Source: Macrostomum hystrix
Taxonomy: Eukaryota; Animalia; Platyhelminthes
Direction of reading: 5' to 3'
Length of the DNA stretch: 64,000 nt
Assembly: GCA_950097015.1 (NCBI GenBank)
Contig: CATNEN010000029.1
Coordinates: forward strand, 7,626,001 to 7,690,000
Below are positions 1-14,000 of the stretch, in pieces. The stretch's first letter is position 1; each line of letters starts with the position of its first letter. A program made the position numbers and the translations under genes. Below the pieces are notes generated by a model, which was given only the letters and a program-made list of their open reading frames with translations, ran no database searches and was not told where the DNA came from.

Positions 1-199
1 TCTTAAAAAAAAACCTCTGAAGAAGCTGCTCGGCTATTACCACCTTGCATGTCGCCAATGCCTTGTGGTCATCCATGAGATGGTGCGGCACCCATAAAGT
101 CTTGGGTGAGGATGCAATGTGCACTTGCACCCCAACTGCTCAGCCATCTCTTCACAGGTCTAACAGCAATCAATTTTCAAAAGACGCTGAATCAATTCA

Positions 200-400
200 A
201 CCTTTGATTCCAAATGCGCCTCTTTGGGTCTCCCAGACCACGGATCATCTTAGATGTTCAACCATATATTCTTGAACCAAATATACCAGTTGTATGTACA
301 GCTCTTTGACTCTTAGCATATGCCCCATAAGCCTGCTGTAGCTGCTGATGAACTTCAGCTGCTGGCACACCACCAAGACACTCCATCTAGATTTAAGAGC
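200..400 (-). mobile_element. Possible decayed RTE-like LINE 3' fragment
   Basis: Minus strand near 310-335 reads RLMGHMLR, resembling the RLAGHVIR motif of the intact RTE ORF in this window. No long ORF survives. Confidence 0.3.
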
Positions 401-567
401 ACCGTTGCAAGTTAGATAAAATCTCTGTTTTTCTAAGCCGCTAAATCACTAAGTCACTATATGTCACTAAGTGTGGTCTAGTGGGCAGAATTTTTATAAG
501 AAATTCATATTGTTAACCTGGCCTTGAATCATTGCAGCCTAATGCCAGGCTAACACGCAAGCATCAA

Positions 568-2086
568 ATGTCGCCAGTGCTCAGTGCCTGCATGTACGCT
601 CTATTCTCATTCTTAATGGTCATTGCCAACAAGCTGTTACTAACTTCCTATCTATTCCCATCGCCTGCCTTCCTATGCCTGACCCAAGTCAGCTCCACCT
701 GTTTAATACTGTTGATTGCTCGCGCTGTTGGCTTCATTCAATTTGGCGTCTCGCTATCCGATGCAGCTAGCATATTTCCTTTGCCAATTTTCTTCTTTGG
801 TAATCTAGTGTTTGGACTGTCCGGTACTCAGGTGAGATCAATCATCGATGCTTTGGACGTAATGGTTCTGGATTAGAAATATTTGCTTCTAATAGCTTTT
901 AGGTCAATTAGCTCATGCTTTCTTAATTCTCTCTTTTTTCAGTCTAAATTTCAGACCCCAAATATAAAACTGAAATGAAACCAAAATAAGGAATCAGTTA
1001 CATAATAATAACAACAGTTAATAACAAAAATACTTTTTTCTTACAAGTGCAGAAAGCATCGTTTATATGCAGGAGGGCTGTAGATGCTGGTACAGCTTGG
1101 TGATTCTGCCCATTCCTCTTATACCTGAGCACACATACGACCACTGATTTGTACACACAGGTGTGCACATCTGCCTTGGCTTCGCTTTAGGGTAGGCCGG
1201 CCCTCAAAGGGCATAAATTTCAAGCCTTCAGCGCCCCAAATGGATTCGAGCTAATTGGACATTAGTGAAAGCGGCAAGCGCGTTAATCGTTCTGCCACAC
1301 ACCCTCGTAACTACTCCATTCTACTCTAGAGTCTGTGTTGGATTCCCATAATAATTCTCCCATAGTCCTATTTCCATGTCTCTATGCCACAGTGTCTCCA
1401 GCTGTTTCCGACCAATTTAGATCGTCAGCCTTCCAATGTTCACCGTGCTGCGGCGCCTGTGCATCCTGGTGACATTCTTAGGCGAGCTGGTATTCCTGCA
1501 GCGTCGCGGCGATACCAGAGGCGTCGGCCTTGCCGTCTTCCTCATGCTGTTAGGCGCTTGCATTGCCGCAGTGAATGATTTGACCTTTGATCTGGTCGGC
1601 TACGCATTTCTAACCTTGAACAACCTCTTCACAGCCGCCTACGGCATTGTGATCAAGCTCAAGACTGGCAATCTGAGCGGCCTGTCCAAGTACGCCATTC
1701 TCTATCACTGCTGCTCGGCCGCCATACTGCCCTGTCTGGCGCTTAATTTCTTCACTGGCGAATTTGGCCGCATTGCCGACTACCGCGGCTGGGGCCTGCC
1801 AACAGTCTGGGCATTGTTCTGCACTAGCAACCTGTTGCAGCTGTTCCTACTGTACAGCACCATCCACTGCACCGCTAGCAATGGCCCGCTAACTACCACA
1901 GTCATTGGCGTGCTGAAGAATGTAGCCGTCACCTATCTTGGCATGTTTATTGGACACGACTATGTGTTCAACCTGCACAACTTCATGGGCCTGAATATTA
2001 GTACTCTGGGCGGCGTGCTGTACACTTATGTCACTTTCGGAGCTCGCAAGCCTGAGCCTCAGAAGGGCACCGTTATTGCGCCCTAG
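568..2086 (+). CDS. Nucleotide-sugar transporter, SLC35D1/D2 (frc/sqv-7) type, about 309 aa
   Basis: Exons 568-831 and 1421-2086 joined by a phase-0 GT-AG intron give ...FGLSGTQ-IVSLPMFTVLRR... and NGPLTTTVIGVLKNVAVTYLGM, typical SLC35D motifs in a multi-TM protein. An AG at 536-537 suggests a possible further upstream exon. Confidence 0.88.
1140..1316 (-). mobile_element. tRNA-derived SINE family A, degenerate copy
   Basis: Reverse complement reads gggtgtgtggcagaacgattaacgcg...gctcgaatcc...atttatgccctttgagggcc, matching the copies at 28805 and 62638. Lies in the SLC35D intron. Confidence 0.7.
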
Positions 2087-2419
2087 TCTGATGGCTTGGA
2101 CCTCATACCTGCGAGCCCCACAACCTATCGACTTGATTCCTCCTCATCCGTGACTGTCATCTGTCTTAGACTAAAAGCCAAGTTTATCCTGTTTCTGTGC
2201 TTTCTTATGATCATGATTATGAAGTTAACTTCTGTGCATGCGCGCCAACCTTATTTTTTAAATGCTCTTGTTACTTTCTTTGCTTATGCTTCTGACTGTC
2301 ATCTGCAGTTCTGTCAAACCCTGTCACTTGAGAATCCTAGAGTTTGGCAAATTTAACACAGGACCGCGGGAGCGGGAAAAATGCGACCCCTAGACCGCTT
2401 CCCAACTCTTCCCAATAGC

Positions 2420-2665
2420 ACCTCTCTTATTTCTTCCCTGTCTCATCTCTCCCGTTTGTCATCTCTCCCCAGTCTTGTCTCTCCCCAGTCTCGTCTCTCC
2501 CCTGTCTCATCCCTCCCCAGTCTCATATCTGCCCTGTCTCATCTCTCCCGTTTGTCATCTCTCCCCAGTCTTGTCTCTCCCCAGTCTCGTCTCTCCCCTG
2601 TCTCATCCCTCCCCAGTCTCATATCTCCCCTGTCTCATCTCTCCCATTTGTCATCTCTCCCCTGT
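2420..2665. repeat. Pyrimidine-rich minisatellite (tctcatctctccc family)
   Basis: Imperfect tandem copies; same motif family as the arrays at 19430, 23800 and 57040. Confidence 0.85.
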
Positions 2666-2702
2666 TTGCCTTGCTTTGTATTGTTTTGCTACTTTTGGTC
2701 CA

Positions 2703-3478
2703 CATTCATCAGAATGTTACACATTTATCAGAATGATACACATTTATCAGAATGATACACATTTATCAGAATGTTACACATTTGTCAGAATGTTACACAT
2801 TTATCAGAATGATACACATTTATCAGAATGATACACATTTATCAGAATGATACACATTTATCAGAATGATACACATTTATCAGAATGATACACATTTATC
2901 AGAATGATACACATTTATCAGAATGATACAGAATGATACACATTTATCAGAATGATACAGAATGATACACATTAATCAGAATGATACACATTTGTCAGAA
3001 TGATACACATTTATCAGAATGATACACATTTATCAGAATGATACACATTTATCAGAATGATACACATTTATCAGAATGATACACATTTATCAGAATGATA
3101 CACATTTATCAGAATGATACACATTTATCAGAATGTTACACATTTGTCAGAATGTTACACATTTATCAGAATGATACACATTTATCAGAATGATACACAT
3201 TTATCAGAATGATACACATTTATCAGAATGATACACATTTATCAGAATGATACACATTTATCAGAATGATACACATTTATCAGAATGATAGAATGATACA
3301 CATTTATCAGAATGATACAGAATGATACACATTAATCAGAATGATACACATTTGTCAGAATGATACACATTTATCAGAATGATACACATTTATCAGAATG
3401 ATACACATTTATCAGAATGATACACATTTATCAGAATGATACACATTCATCAGAATGTTACAAATTTATCAGAATGTT
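2703..3478. repeat. 19-bp tandem array
   Basis: Unit gatacacatttatcagaat. Confidence 0.95.
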
Positions 3479-3989
3479 AGTTATTCTGTTGATCATTCTT
3501 TTGTTTTTTCTTTTCTTGCAATCTTGAGGTCAAATTTTGACTCTACTTAATTTAGTAGTCTATATAGAAAATTGCGATTATGCTTCACTAGAAACTTTTT
3601 GTGCCAAAATTGAAAGTCTATTTTTGTGCTGTATATCCATTGATTTCTGGTTCTATAGACCTATTGTATTCTATGACTGCTGTTTTTGTACGATAGATTA
3701 CCAATTACTATATAATAGAGTAATATTGCTTTTTAAGTCCTAATGCTATAATGCATTTCTGTGTCTCTGTTCTTGCTTAACTAAGCTATAAATACACACG
3801 AACAAAGACGAATTATGGTATGAGTATTATCTAAACAACTGACATAGCATCATATTTCTATTATGTTTTATATGTATCAAGATTAGTTCCGTTGATTTCT
3901 TTAAGGAAACTTCCCAAATAAACCTTCTGTAGTAGAATTCAGAATTCATCTCTTTGGCAAGCTTTTCCACACCAAACTCAAAACTTTTT

Positions 3990-4285
3990 TCTCCAGTGCC
4001 TCATTTCTTACCTACTTTATCTCTCCAGTGCGTCAGTTCTCACCTGTCTTATCTCCCCAGTGCCTCATTTCTTACCTATCTTATCTCTCCAGTGCGTCAG
4101 TCCTCACCTGTCTTATCTCCCCAGTGCCTCATTTCTTGCCTACCTTATCTCTCCAGTGCGTCAGTTCTCACCTGTCTTATCTCCCCAGTGCCTCATTTCT
4201 TGCCTACCTTATCTCCCCAGTGCCTCATTTCTTACCTATCTTATCTCTCCAGTGCGTCAGTTCTCACCTGTCTTATCTCTCTCGT
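3990..4285. repeat. About 30-bp pyrimidine-rich tandem array
   Basis: Two alternating variants built on ctccccagtgcctcatttcttacctatcttat. Confidence 0.85.
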
Positions 4286-5076
4286 ATCGTTCGTTCTAAG
4301 TTTGTCTCTCTCCAATCACCTGTCCCCTCATCTCTTCTTGGTTTAATTTTTCCTGTCAGCTCTCCCTATTCTATTTTTCTCTTTCTCTAAATTAAATTAT
4401 CACTTCGGCCAATTATTCCGACTACATAAATGGCTTGCCGACCCCCAATGCCGATCTAGATTCAGTAGGAGAATCGACTCAATTTACTTGAGTTAAGTAC
4501 GCTCAGTACACTTTTTTAGCTCAAATTATACGTAAAAGCTTGGCGTTTTCTGTTTTAATTCCTGAGCAAGTCTGCCAGTCTATATGAGTGTGGCTTTTTG
4601 CAAACTAGCCGTTGTCTATCAGCCGCTGTCCTGTAGGATAAGCGCATTGCTAGGAATACAATTTGCAACAGCTGCCGCCGCCCATCCGTTGCGCGTCTTT
4701 GTTTCATTTCTGTCTTTGTTCCAGTCCATAGCAGCCAGAAGACACATTTCCCAACCACCGCGACCCCAACGCATTCAAACAGTGTTTCACTCAGCTCTGC
4801 CCGGTTGATTAATTGATACAAAGTACCCTCATGTGTTTGAGCTGTCAAGGCTGTCCTGACAGTTCCGTGTGTGTGTGGGTGTTTTTTCTCACTGAACGCA
4901 GCACGCGGCGCCATGCAGCATTTTGTTCCACACCCGCTCAGCTCGGCATCTCATTGGCCGCATTCTCTGGCTGGCTATACGTATTGACCAATCCTTCTGT
5001 CTTCTCTGTTCATCCTCGTTTAGTTTTAAACATGCACTCCATGTCGGAAGACAATTGTTAGACATAATTCATTGCT

Positions 5077-8000
5077 ATGAAAGGCGTGTCTTCAACCAGC
5101 CCGACAGTCGGTGTAGTTGCTGCAGTCGCAGCTGCACTGTTTGTCAACGCTGCCATCGCTCACGGGGCCTGGCGGCATGAGTTCACTCTTCTGCAAGCCC
5201 AAGTAGCTGCCCATTGTCTGGCCAATTTCTCGCTAGCTGCGTCTAGAGGGCATCAGGTGAGCATCCTAAGAGTAGTTTGGACTCAACGGGTTAATCAAAA
5301 GAGCGCTTGGCTACCGAAGTACCAAGTTCCTTCCGTTCAGTTCATTAGTAAAATTGGGAAAGCCTGATAGTGTGTTAGCGTTCTTAGAATTTTTCTCTGG
5401 CAGCGGCTGCGACAGTCGGGACTTGTATAGCCAGCCAGAACTCTGCTTGGCTTCCAGGAATCCCCAATTTGAAAGTACTGTCTACTCTAAAGGATCCTCA
5501 ATCTGAACTGTCTACTTAAAGGATCCTCAATCTGAACTGTCTACTCTAAGGATCCTCAATCTGAACTGTCTACTCTAAGGATCCTCAATCTGAACTGTCT
5601 ACTCTAAGGATCCTCAATCTGAACTGTCTACTCTAAGCACCCTCAATCTGAACTGTCTACTCTAAGGATCCTCAATCTGAACTGTCTACTCTAAGCACCC
5701 TCAATCTGAACTGTCTACTCTAAGGATCCTCAGTCTAAACTGTCTACTCTAAGGATTCTCAATCTAAACTGTCTACTTAAAGGATCCTCAGTCTGAACTG
5801 TCAACTTAAAGGATTCTCAATCTAAACTGTCTACTCTAAGGATCCTCAGTCTGAACTGTCTACTCTAAGGATTCTCAATCTAAACTGTCTACTTAAAGGA
5901 TCCTCAGTCTGAACTGTCTACTCTAAGGATCCTCAGTCTGAACTGTCTACTTAAAGGATCCTCAGTCTGAACTGTCAACTTAAAGGATTCTCAATCTAAA
6001 CTGTCTACTCTAAGGATCCTCAGTCTGAACTGTCTACTCTAAGGATTCTCAATCTAAACTGTCTACTTAAAGGATCCTCAGTCTGAACTGTCTACTCTAA
6101 GGATCCTCAGTCTGAACTGTCTACTTAAAGGATCCTCAGTCTGAACTGTCAACTTAAAGGATTCTCAATCTAAACTGTCTACTCTAAGGATCCTCAGTCT
6201 GAACTGTCTACTCTAAGGATTCTCAATCTAAACTGTCTACTTAAAGGATCCTCAGTCTGAACTGTCTACTCTAAGGATTCTCAATCTAAACTGTCTACTT
6301 AAAGGATCCTCAGTCTGAACTGTCTACTCTAAGGATCCTCAATCTGAACTGTCTACTCTAAGGATTCTCAATCTAAACTGTCTACTTAAAGGATCCTCAG
6401 TCTGAACTGTCTACTCTAAGGATTCTCAATCTAAACTGTCTACTTAAAGGATCCTCAGTCTGAACTGTCAACTTAAAGGATTCTCATTCTAAACTGTCTA
6501 CTCTAAGGATCCTCAGTCTGAACTGTCTACTCTAAGGATTCTCAATCTAAACTGTCTACTTAAAGGATCCTCAGTCTGAACTGTCTACTCTAAGGATCCT
6601 CAGTCTGAACTGTCTACTTAAAGGATCCTCAGTCTGAACTGTCAACTTAAAGGATTCTCAATCTAAACTGTCTACTCTAAGGATCCTCAGTCTGAACTGT
6701 CTACTCTAAGGATTCTCAATCTAAACTGTCTACTTAAAGGATCCTCAGTCTGAACTGTCTACTCTAAGGATTCTCAATCTAAACTGTCTACTTAAAGGAT
6801 CCTCAGTCTGAACTGTCTACTCTAAGGATCCTCAATCTGAACTGTCTACTCTAAGGATTCTCAATCTAAACTGTCTACTTAAAGGATCCTCAGTCTGAAC
6901 TGTCTACTCTAAGGATTCTCAATCTAAACTGTCTACTTAAAGGATCCTCAATCTGAACTGTCTACTCTAAGGATCCTCAATCTGAACTGTCTACTCTAAG
7001 GATTCTCAATCTAAACTGTCTACTTAAAGGATCCTCAGTCTGAACTGTCTACTCTAAGCACCCTCAATCTAAACTGTCTACTATAAGCGATTAGCGAATA
7101 AGCGATTAGCGGATAAGCGATTAGCGGATATGCGATTAGCGGATTAGCGATTAGCGGATAAGCGATTAGCGAATTAGCGATTAGCGGATAAGCGATTAGC
7201 GGATAAGCGATTAGCGGATAAGCGATTAGCGGATAAGCGATTAGCGGATAAGCGATTAGCGGATAAGCGATTAGCGGATTAGCGATTAGCGGATAAGCGA
7301 TTAGAGGAAAAGCGATTAGCGGATAAGCGATTAGCGGATAAGCGATTAGCGGAAAAGCGATTAGCGGATAAGCGATTAGCGAATAAGCGATTAGCGAATA
7401 AGCGATTAGCGGATAAGCGATTAGCGGATAAGCGATTAGCGGATAAGCGATTAGCGGATAAGCGATTAGCGGATAAGCGATTAGCGGATAAGCGATTAGC
7501 GGATTAGCGATTAGCGGATAAGCGATTAGAGGAAAAGCGATTAGCGGATAAGCGATTAGCGGATAAGCGATTAGCGGATAAGCGATTAGCGGATAAGCGA
7601 TTAGCGGATAAGCGATTAGCGGATAAGCGATTATCGGATGATAAACGGACAAGCGATTCGCCAATAAAACAGATTAGCTTATAAATGACAAAATGTATTT
7701 ATTTTGCAAACTCTGACGACAGCCTGAACTGTGTAAAGATTGATCTGTAGAAAAAAGACATTTTGCCGAAAGAATGGGTGATTATTTATATCATGGAACA
7801 TTGTGACGCGGCAGAAGTTAGCATTTATTAGCTTGATTAATTGCATCATCAAGCAATAAGTGGCAATATAGCTGGATAAAGCCGGTGGTTAAAACGGTAC
7901 TTTAGTGGAATGATTCAGCAGCGCAAATAGTTTGCTATAAGTCACAAAGCATCAGTCACAGCGGTTGCAATAACTATCACATTCTGTGTCGCATGCGGAG

Positions 8001-11000
8001 CCCTAATATGCTTAAAGAACAGTTTACTTTTTCATGAAAGGATAACTTCCCTCGTGTATCCAATAAGTTGGGGGTCGGTCCTGTTTACACTTGGGTCCTG
8101 TGGTGCAGCTTCAACCCTTTTAAGTTCTATACAATCTCTATCCTTACCGGGTGCACAGAAATTGCTTCTGGCAGCGCGCAGATGGCCATCTTGCTTGCGC
8201 CACCGGTGCAAGAAAGATGTCTAAACAAAATCAGCGATCGAGGCGATATTGCTGCGCGAAAAAGTGCCGGATAGTGGACGCTAAAAAATGTGTTGTTATA
8301 CTTTTAACACACCACGACGCTCTTGGGAATAAAGATATTGCCGGCGGGTCTCTACCGGCGTATAGCTTTGCGCTTCTCCCGCATGCAATGATGGCTCTTA
8401 GCTCGCTTGGGAGCGACTGCAAGCAGCTGGGATTGATTTGTCATGCCCTGGTTCGTGCCTTGCAAACTGAATAACTGCAGTTGCTGCGGCTGCAATCGCC
8501 AAGCGATCCTAGACGAACAAACTGCTTTTGCTGAAACATAATTGACAGATTAAGATAGTTATTTGTGCGTTTGCACTTTTCCCATGCACCCACCCCATCG
8601 GTTTTTTATCTCCGGTAGTATCAGGATCTCCACGGTCTAGCTCATGCAACGAAATGCATTCTTTCTCCGTTTAAATCCTTCTCTCCAACAGTCGATGCCT
8701 ATGGCCAAATCCTCTCGTAAAGAACGCCAATATTTTCTCTTCCCACTTTAGTCTATGGCCATCCACCGAAGCAAGACATTTAGTCGTAGGTTACAGTTTA
8801 GGTCATGGTGATCTAGATCTACAGGACATAGGACAAGATACACAATATATAGGACACAAGCCTGCATTTTAGAGTGCAATGAGCACATTCGTCTTGTTTG
8901 AGACAATTATCAGACTAATTTTGATTTCAGGTTGCCAGCCAAATATCTTCCACAGTCGACCTGTTCAACAGATGCCGCCAGGACCAACATTGTGGTGCAG
9001 TGAGTTACAAAGATAATCCAGCCGTATGAGGCAATAAATAAAAGGAGCGAATTAGTGAACTGGGATTCCGTAAATTGGGATTCTATCAGCGGCAGTTTTG
9101 TGAAAGAGACCGGGATGATGTGAATAGGGATATTTTAAGATGCATTCTGAGATTCTTGAATCTTAATCCAATATAATTTCAGAATCCTGAAAACAGATCA
9201 TAATTTTATTGCACTGACACGGCTATGACTCACACCAGTTACTTAATCTATCCTATAGGTCTGAAAGTTTGTTTTACTAAAGTGGCATGAATCAGCGTAT
9301 TCGAGATTTTACATGCCGCTTCTAGCTAATCCTACAATGCGCCAACCTCCGCTAACCCCAGTCAGACTGGACGCCCGTGACGGAGCCGATAGATTCCAAT
9401 TTTATCGGTTCTTATATAAACCGAAATACTCGAGCCGCAGTTTCCGCCAAGTTCGCCAGGGGCCGGTGTCTTTCAGTCGAGACTGCGAGACCCCCGGGCT
9501 GACTCAGCCAACGGAGATGATTGAGCGCCCATTGGCAACCTATCCCAGAATCCTTGATGTCGCTTTTATTTCCCCATTTCATCCCAAATGCCGCCATCCA
9601 AGGATGAGTCGCCTTCGCTTCACATTAGTGCTCACAAGCCTTGAGCCAGGCAAAAAAGGCAACAGCGGCAGCGGCGGCGGCAAGAAACAATATGATGAAG
9701 CTTTAGTATTGAGCGTCTGTGAGAATCTGGGAAGGAATGAGTCACATGACTCTTGTGTGCATCTCCTGGTAGCAAGAAGAACGAAGGGCTAAGCCTATGC
9801 TGCTCAGATTGATATTGTCTGAAGTGTGTATCTCGGGCCAGCCAGTCATGCAATTTTTGCAACGTTTCCCTTTTCTTGAGTCGATTGCGTCATTCTTTTA
9901 GATTGCCTTTTCTCCTCAGACCTACTCACCCGGCCCACCCACCAATCCATCTATCCTAGTGCTGGAACGCATCGCTCTGGGATCCGCGAGAGACCAAACA
10001 CTGCGAGGGACTGTGCACCGTGAGTTAGCTGCGGGCTCTCAATTTGTATTTTTTCAGCTTGATCCTCCAGTGCGTCATTCTCCCAAGATCCTCCAGTGCG
10101 TCATTGTCCCAAGATCCTCCAGTTCCTTATTGTCCCAAGATCCTCCAGTTCCTTATTGTCCCAAGATCCTCCAGTTTTCTTATTGTCCCAAGATCCTCCA
10201 GTTCCTTATTGTCCCAAGATCCTCCAGTTCCTCATTGTCCCAAGATCCTCCAGTTCCTCATTGTCCCAAGATCCTCCAGTTCCTTATTGTCCCAAGATCC
10301 TCCAGTACGTCCCTCTCCCATCATCTCTAATGATGATTGGTTTTCAGAATTTATCAGGCTGCACGCTAGCCTGCCATCATCTGTCCAGTCTTTACCGAGC
10401 GGCACAACAGTCTCTGCAGATGAATCCCCCGGTGAAGCTTAACCTTCCGCCGCCTCCGATTGTGCTGGTACGCGATGGTCAGCTGATATTCGACGGTATT
10501 GTCTGGCCAAGGCCCGACCAGCCGCCGCTGGTTCTGACTGTGCAAGCTCGCTATGATTTTCCTGTCGGTGAAGTCGACGCCGCTGCGGCCGAGTCCAACT
10601 GGCGCAACCTGACCTTGCTGGCCGGCGCACCCGGCCCCGTCCGCTTAGAAGAGCCCCGACCGGGGCATCGGTATCAATTCCGGGCGGCCGCTGTTGTCTC
10701 CGAATGGCAGCAGAGGCTATGGACCTGCGTCTCGAGCCGCTGATCCTGCTGCCTCTGCGTCAACCACCAACACTGCCGGCGCCACGTCCGCCGGCTGTCC
10801 GGTTAAACGTCGGTCCGTCGAAATTCGATGAAGTTTCCGGGCTGGTCGAGCGTCGTCGTTTGGTGGTCGTTGATTTTGAGCGGCGACAGCGGAGTAGCTG
10901 CAGAGTTTCAGGTGCGAAAGAAATTATATTAAACCCAGTTGCGCCAGCGGCTCTCCAAAGGCTGCAAAGTTCAGTCAACGAAATGATCTGGGGATGCCGC

Positions 11001-14000
11001 CACACTCACCAAAATTTCTAGCCCAGCTACATCAGTTGGTCGCACTGGACCCTTTGTCCATTCTGTCCATTCCACTGATTCCTGAGCACACACGCTGGGC
11101 TTACACAGATACCATACTCAGGCATACGCTAACACAGGTGTGTCCATCTGACCTGACCTTCTCTTCGTCAGGCAATGTATACTTTCACTGTGCCTTTATG
11201 GTTGGCTATCAAGGCGCATAAGTTGCACGACTAAGCCCCCAAGCCTTCTCTCCGCGGCAGCGCCTAGATGAATGTGGCCTCGCTACGGAATCGAGCACAT
11301 GGACCTTGGTGCAAGAGGCAAACGCATTAACCACTCTGCCACTCAACCCCCTTAATCGAACCAGCATTCAATATTCGCAGGTGAGCTGGGCCAAGGCTAG
11401 TACCGGTACAAATCGCGACGCATCAGCGGTGAAGATTTCCCAGACTCTGCCAGGCGTGAGTTGGCTGCTCTAAAAACCTGTCTCCTTACTCATTTGCTAC
11501 TTCAACATGGCTTCTACTTTCACGTACGCTCTCCCGTATATTCTTCGGTTTCAGACGACTCGAAGCTACCAGATCAAGCACCTGGAGGCAGATGCATTGT
11601 ATTATGTAGAGGTTAGCACATTGTGAACAAATGCAATAACAGCAAAGCCCATCACTCTGCTATTAGTAGGTCACATGCAGGTAGCCTCGAATAAAACGAG
11701 TGAAACTCCGAATCCGGCCCCTATTCAAGGTTCGCGCTTTGACAGCAAGCGGAGCTGAGGGTCCTTCAAGCCGCATCAGCGTCAGCACCGTCCGGCAGCA
11801 GCCTACGGTAGCTTGGCCTCGGAGTGGACGCGTGCGAGGCAACGGTGGCGACGACTGTCCGCCAAGAAGTGGAGATATCAACAATGAACTCGTCTGGCCG
11901 ACGACAAGCTTCTCTGTCAGTGGTAGCGAAGACAGCGATCAGGAAGTCGTGGGAGAACGTGGGAAACGTGCTCACATTGTTGCCACTGTGGGCCTGAAGG
12001 ACGCATCGCTCGTTGGAAGCTGCCGGCTCTAGTTCCACAGTTGTTCTGCTGGAGTGGCGCCGGCGTGTCTGCATTGGGGCGCGGTCCGCTGCCGACGGTG
12101 GCGCCGGGACATTGACGTCTGGCGCCGTGCTCACAACGGCGGGCGAGGTACGAGCTATTATAGAAAACTGCTTGCTGTTGGGCCATATGCACAGCTAGTG
12201 ACACACCGCAGCTATTGCTGCATGTGTACAGCTTTTCAGTCACCCAAATTGCTTCCTTGTTCTCTCCCGACTCCCGAACTTTCAGTTCGAAGTCTGAAGC
12301 CCTAGGCACTAGGCTACAAGCTCCCTCAACAGGTGTAGGATACTACAGCTCCTACTGACTTGCTGTCTGTGCCACTTGCTGAGCATCTGGCTGTAGTGGA
12401 TTTTGTCTAATCTACGTATAATATATTTTCTTGAGTGGTAATGCGAAATTACCATGCACGAACATACATAAGCCTCTATTTCACCGGCTCGTATTTGCTT
12501 GTCGACTTTTCGCGTAAAAACTTTTAACGTGACTGCTTGATGAAGATGTAAGTGACTCTTTAAACCTAGATGCACCTGCCGCTTTTAGTTGCGCAATGCA
12601 GCTGTGCGCATTAACGGCTTGGAGTTCAATTGTCACTACTGGGCTCGACTGACACCGTTGTCTTCCGCGGTGGACCGAGGAAGAAATCCATCAGCCGGTT
12701 CGACTGCTCAGACTTCAATAGAAACTGAGTGGTGCTTCGTCACTCCGGCCGATTGCGGCGGGCAATATGGAAACGGATGCGGCAGAGAGCGTTCATCTCG
12801 CGGTGAGTTTATTATCTCGCTTGGATACTTTTTCTCGCTTGGGAGAGCGGTTAACGCGTTTGCGTCTCGCACCACGGTCCCTGGTGCTCGATTCCGCGGT
12901 GATGCCCACATTTATTTGGGGCTCAGCCGCCGAGAGAAGGCTTGGGCTACGCTCGTAGTTGTGCAATTTACGCCCTTAAGGGCCAACCTTCCAAGGCAGA
13001 GTGAAAGTGTGCACTGCCTGACGATGAGAAAGTCAGGTCAGATGTACACACCTGCGTACCGTATCCGTGTGCGTGCGTGCTCAGGAGTCATTGAAATGGG
13101 CAGAATTGACTCCACGCTGGCAGCGGGTCTAGTGGAACCAAATGATGTGTCATTGCCTGCAGCCCTCCTGCGATTCTTATATCTTATTAATGTCCCGTCT
13201 TTAAAAAAACGCCTGTGTCAGAAAATTTCTCGAACCAGAAAACCACTGAAAGGTAACTTTATGAGTAGTAATTATGTGCAGACTAGGGCCTGACTCATAG
13301 TCGGTTAATTTCTGTTAAAAGTTCAGGCAATGCTATCCTCAATTTGTAAACACGCAGCAAAAAACCCTGATCTCTGACTCTGAGTCAGATACTCCCGAGT
13401 CACCAACTGGTCTCATCGTGAAGCCGCTACCGGCTGCATCCGACCATAGTGACCCCACGGTCGGCTCCGGGGTCGGTCCAGGCTGTCAAGTCAGTTGGCA
13501 ACCGTCGAGTTCAGGGCCGTCTGTCTCCGCATATCGCATTGTGTGGGGCCCCGCGCTGGACCAGTCAGTGGCTCTGGACGCCTACGACGGCGAGAGCGAC
13601 TTGACTGGACGAAGGCTGTTGCAGCCGCGCATCGATCCGGAGAAGGCGAGCACGCGGATTGTAGATAATGTAAGCGATTGGTTCTAATCTCAACTTAGCA
13701 GTGCTCATTGGAAACCTAATTACCACAACACTAAATTCACAGTTGATTAAATTTAATTGCTTAACAGAGACAGTTGGTTGATAAAAAAAATGTTAAATTC
13801 TAAAGCCGATCCCCACTAAAAACTGCAGACGTTGACAAGACTTACAATCCGGCCGATGAGCAGAGCAACTCTGTACATTGTGCAGGTTCGAAGTCTGACC
13901 TTTCATCCGGCTGGTGACGGCCGACGCTTTCTAGCCAGTCCAGATGTGACGCAGCTCTGCGCCACTGACGGCTATCGACGCCTGCCAACCGATGTCGCAG

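Noticed and set aside
532-570. Spliced-leader trans-splicing supplying the ATG at acceptors just upstream of several start codons
   Set aside because: In frame only for SLC35D and out of frame for UCKL1 and the WW gene. Ordinary upstream exons explain it equally well, and no SL RNA gene is recognisable.
9808-9870. Extra Cys-rich exon (CLKC..CNFC) for the anosmin-like gene
   Set aside because: In-frame TGA right after the acceptor and no good donor. Exons 8931-8999 and 9960-10019 already join with the expected Cys spacing.
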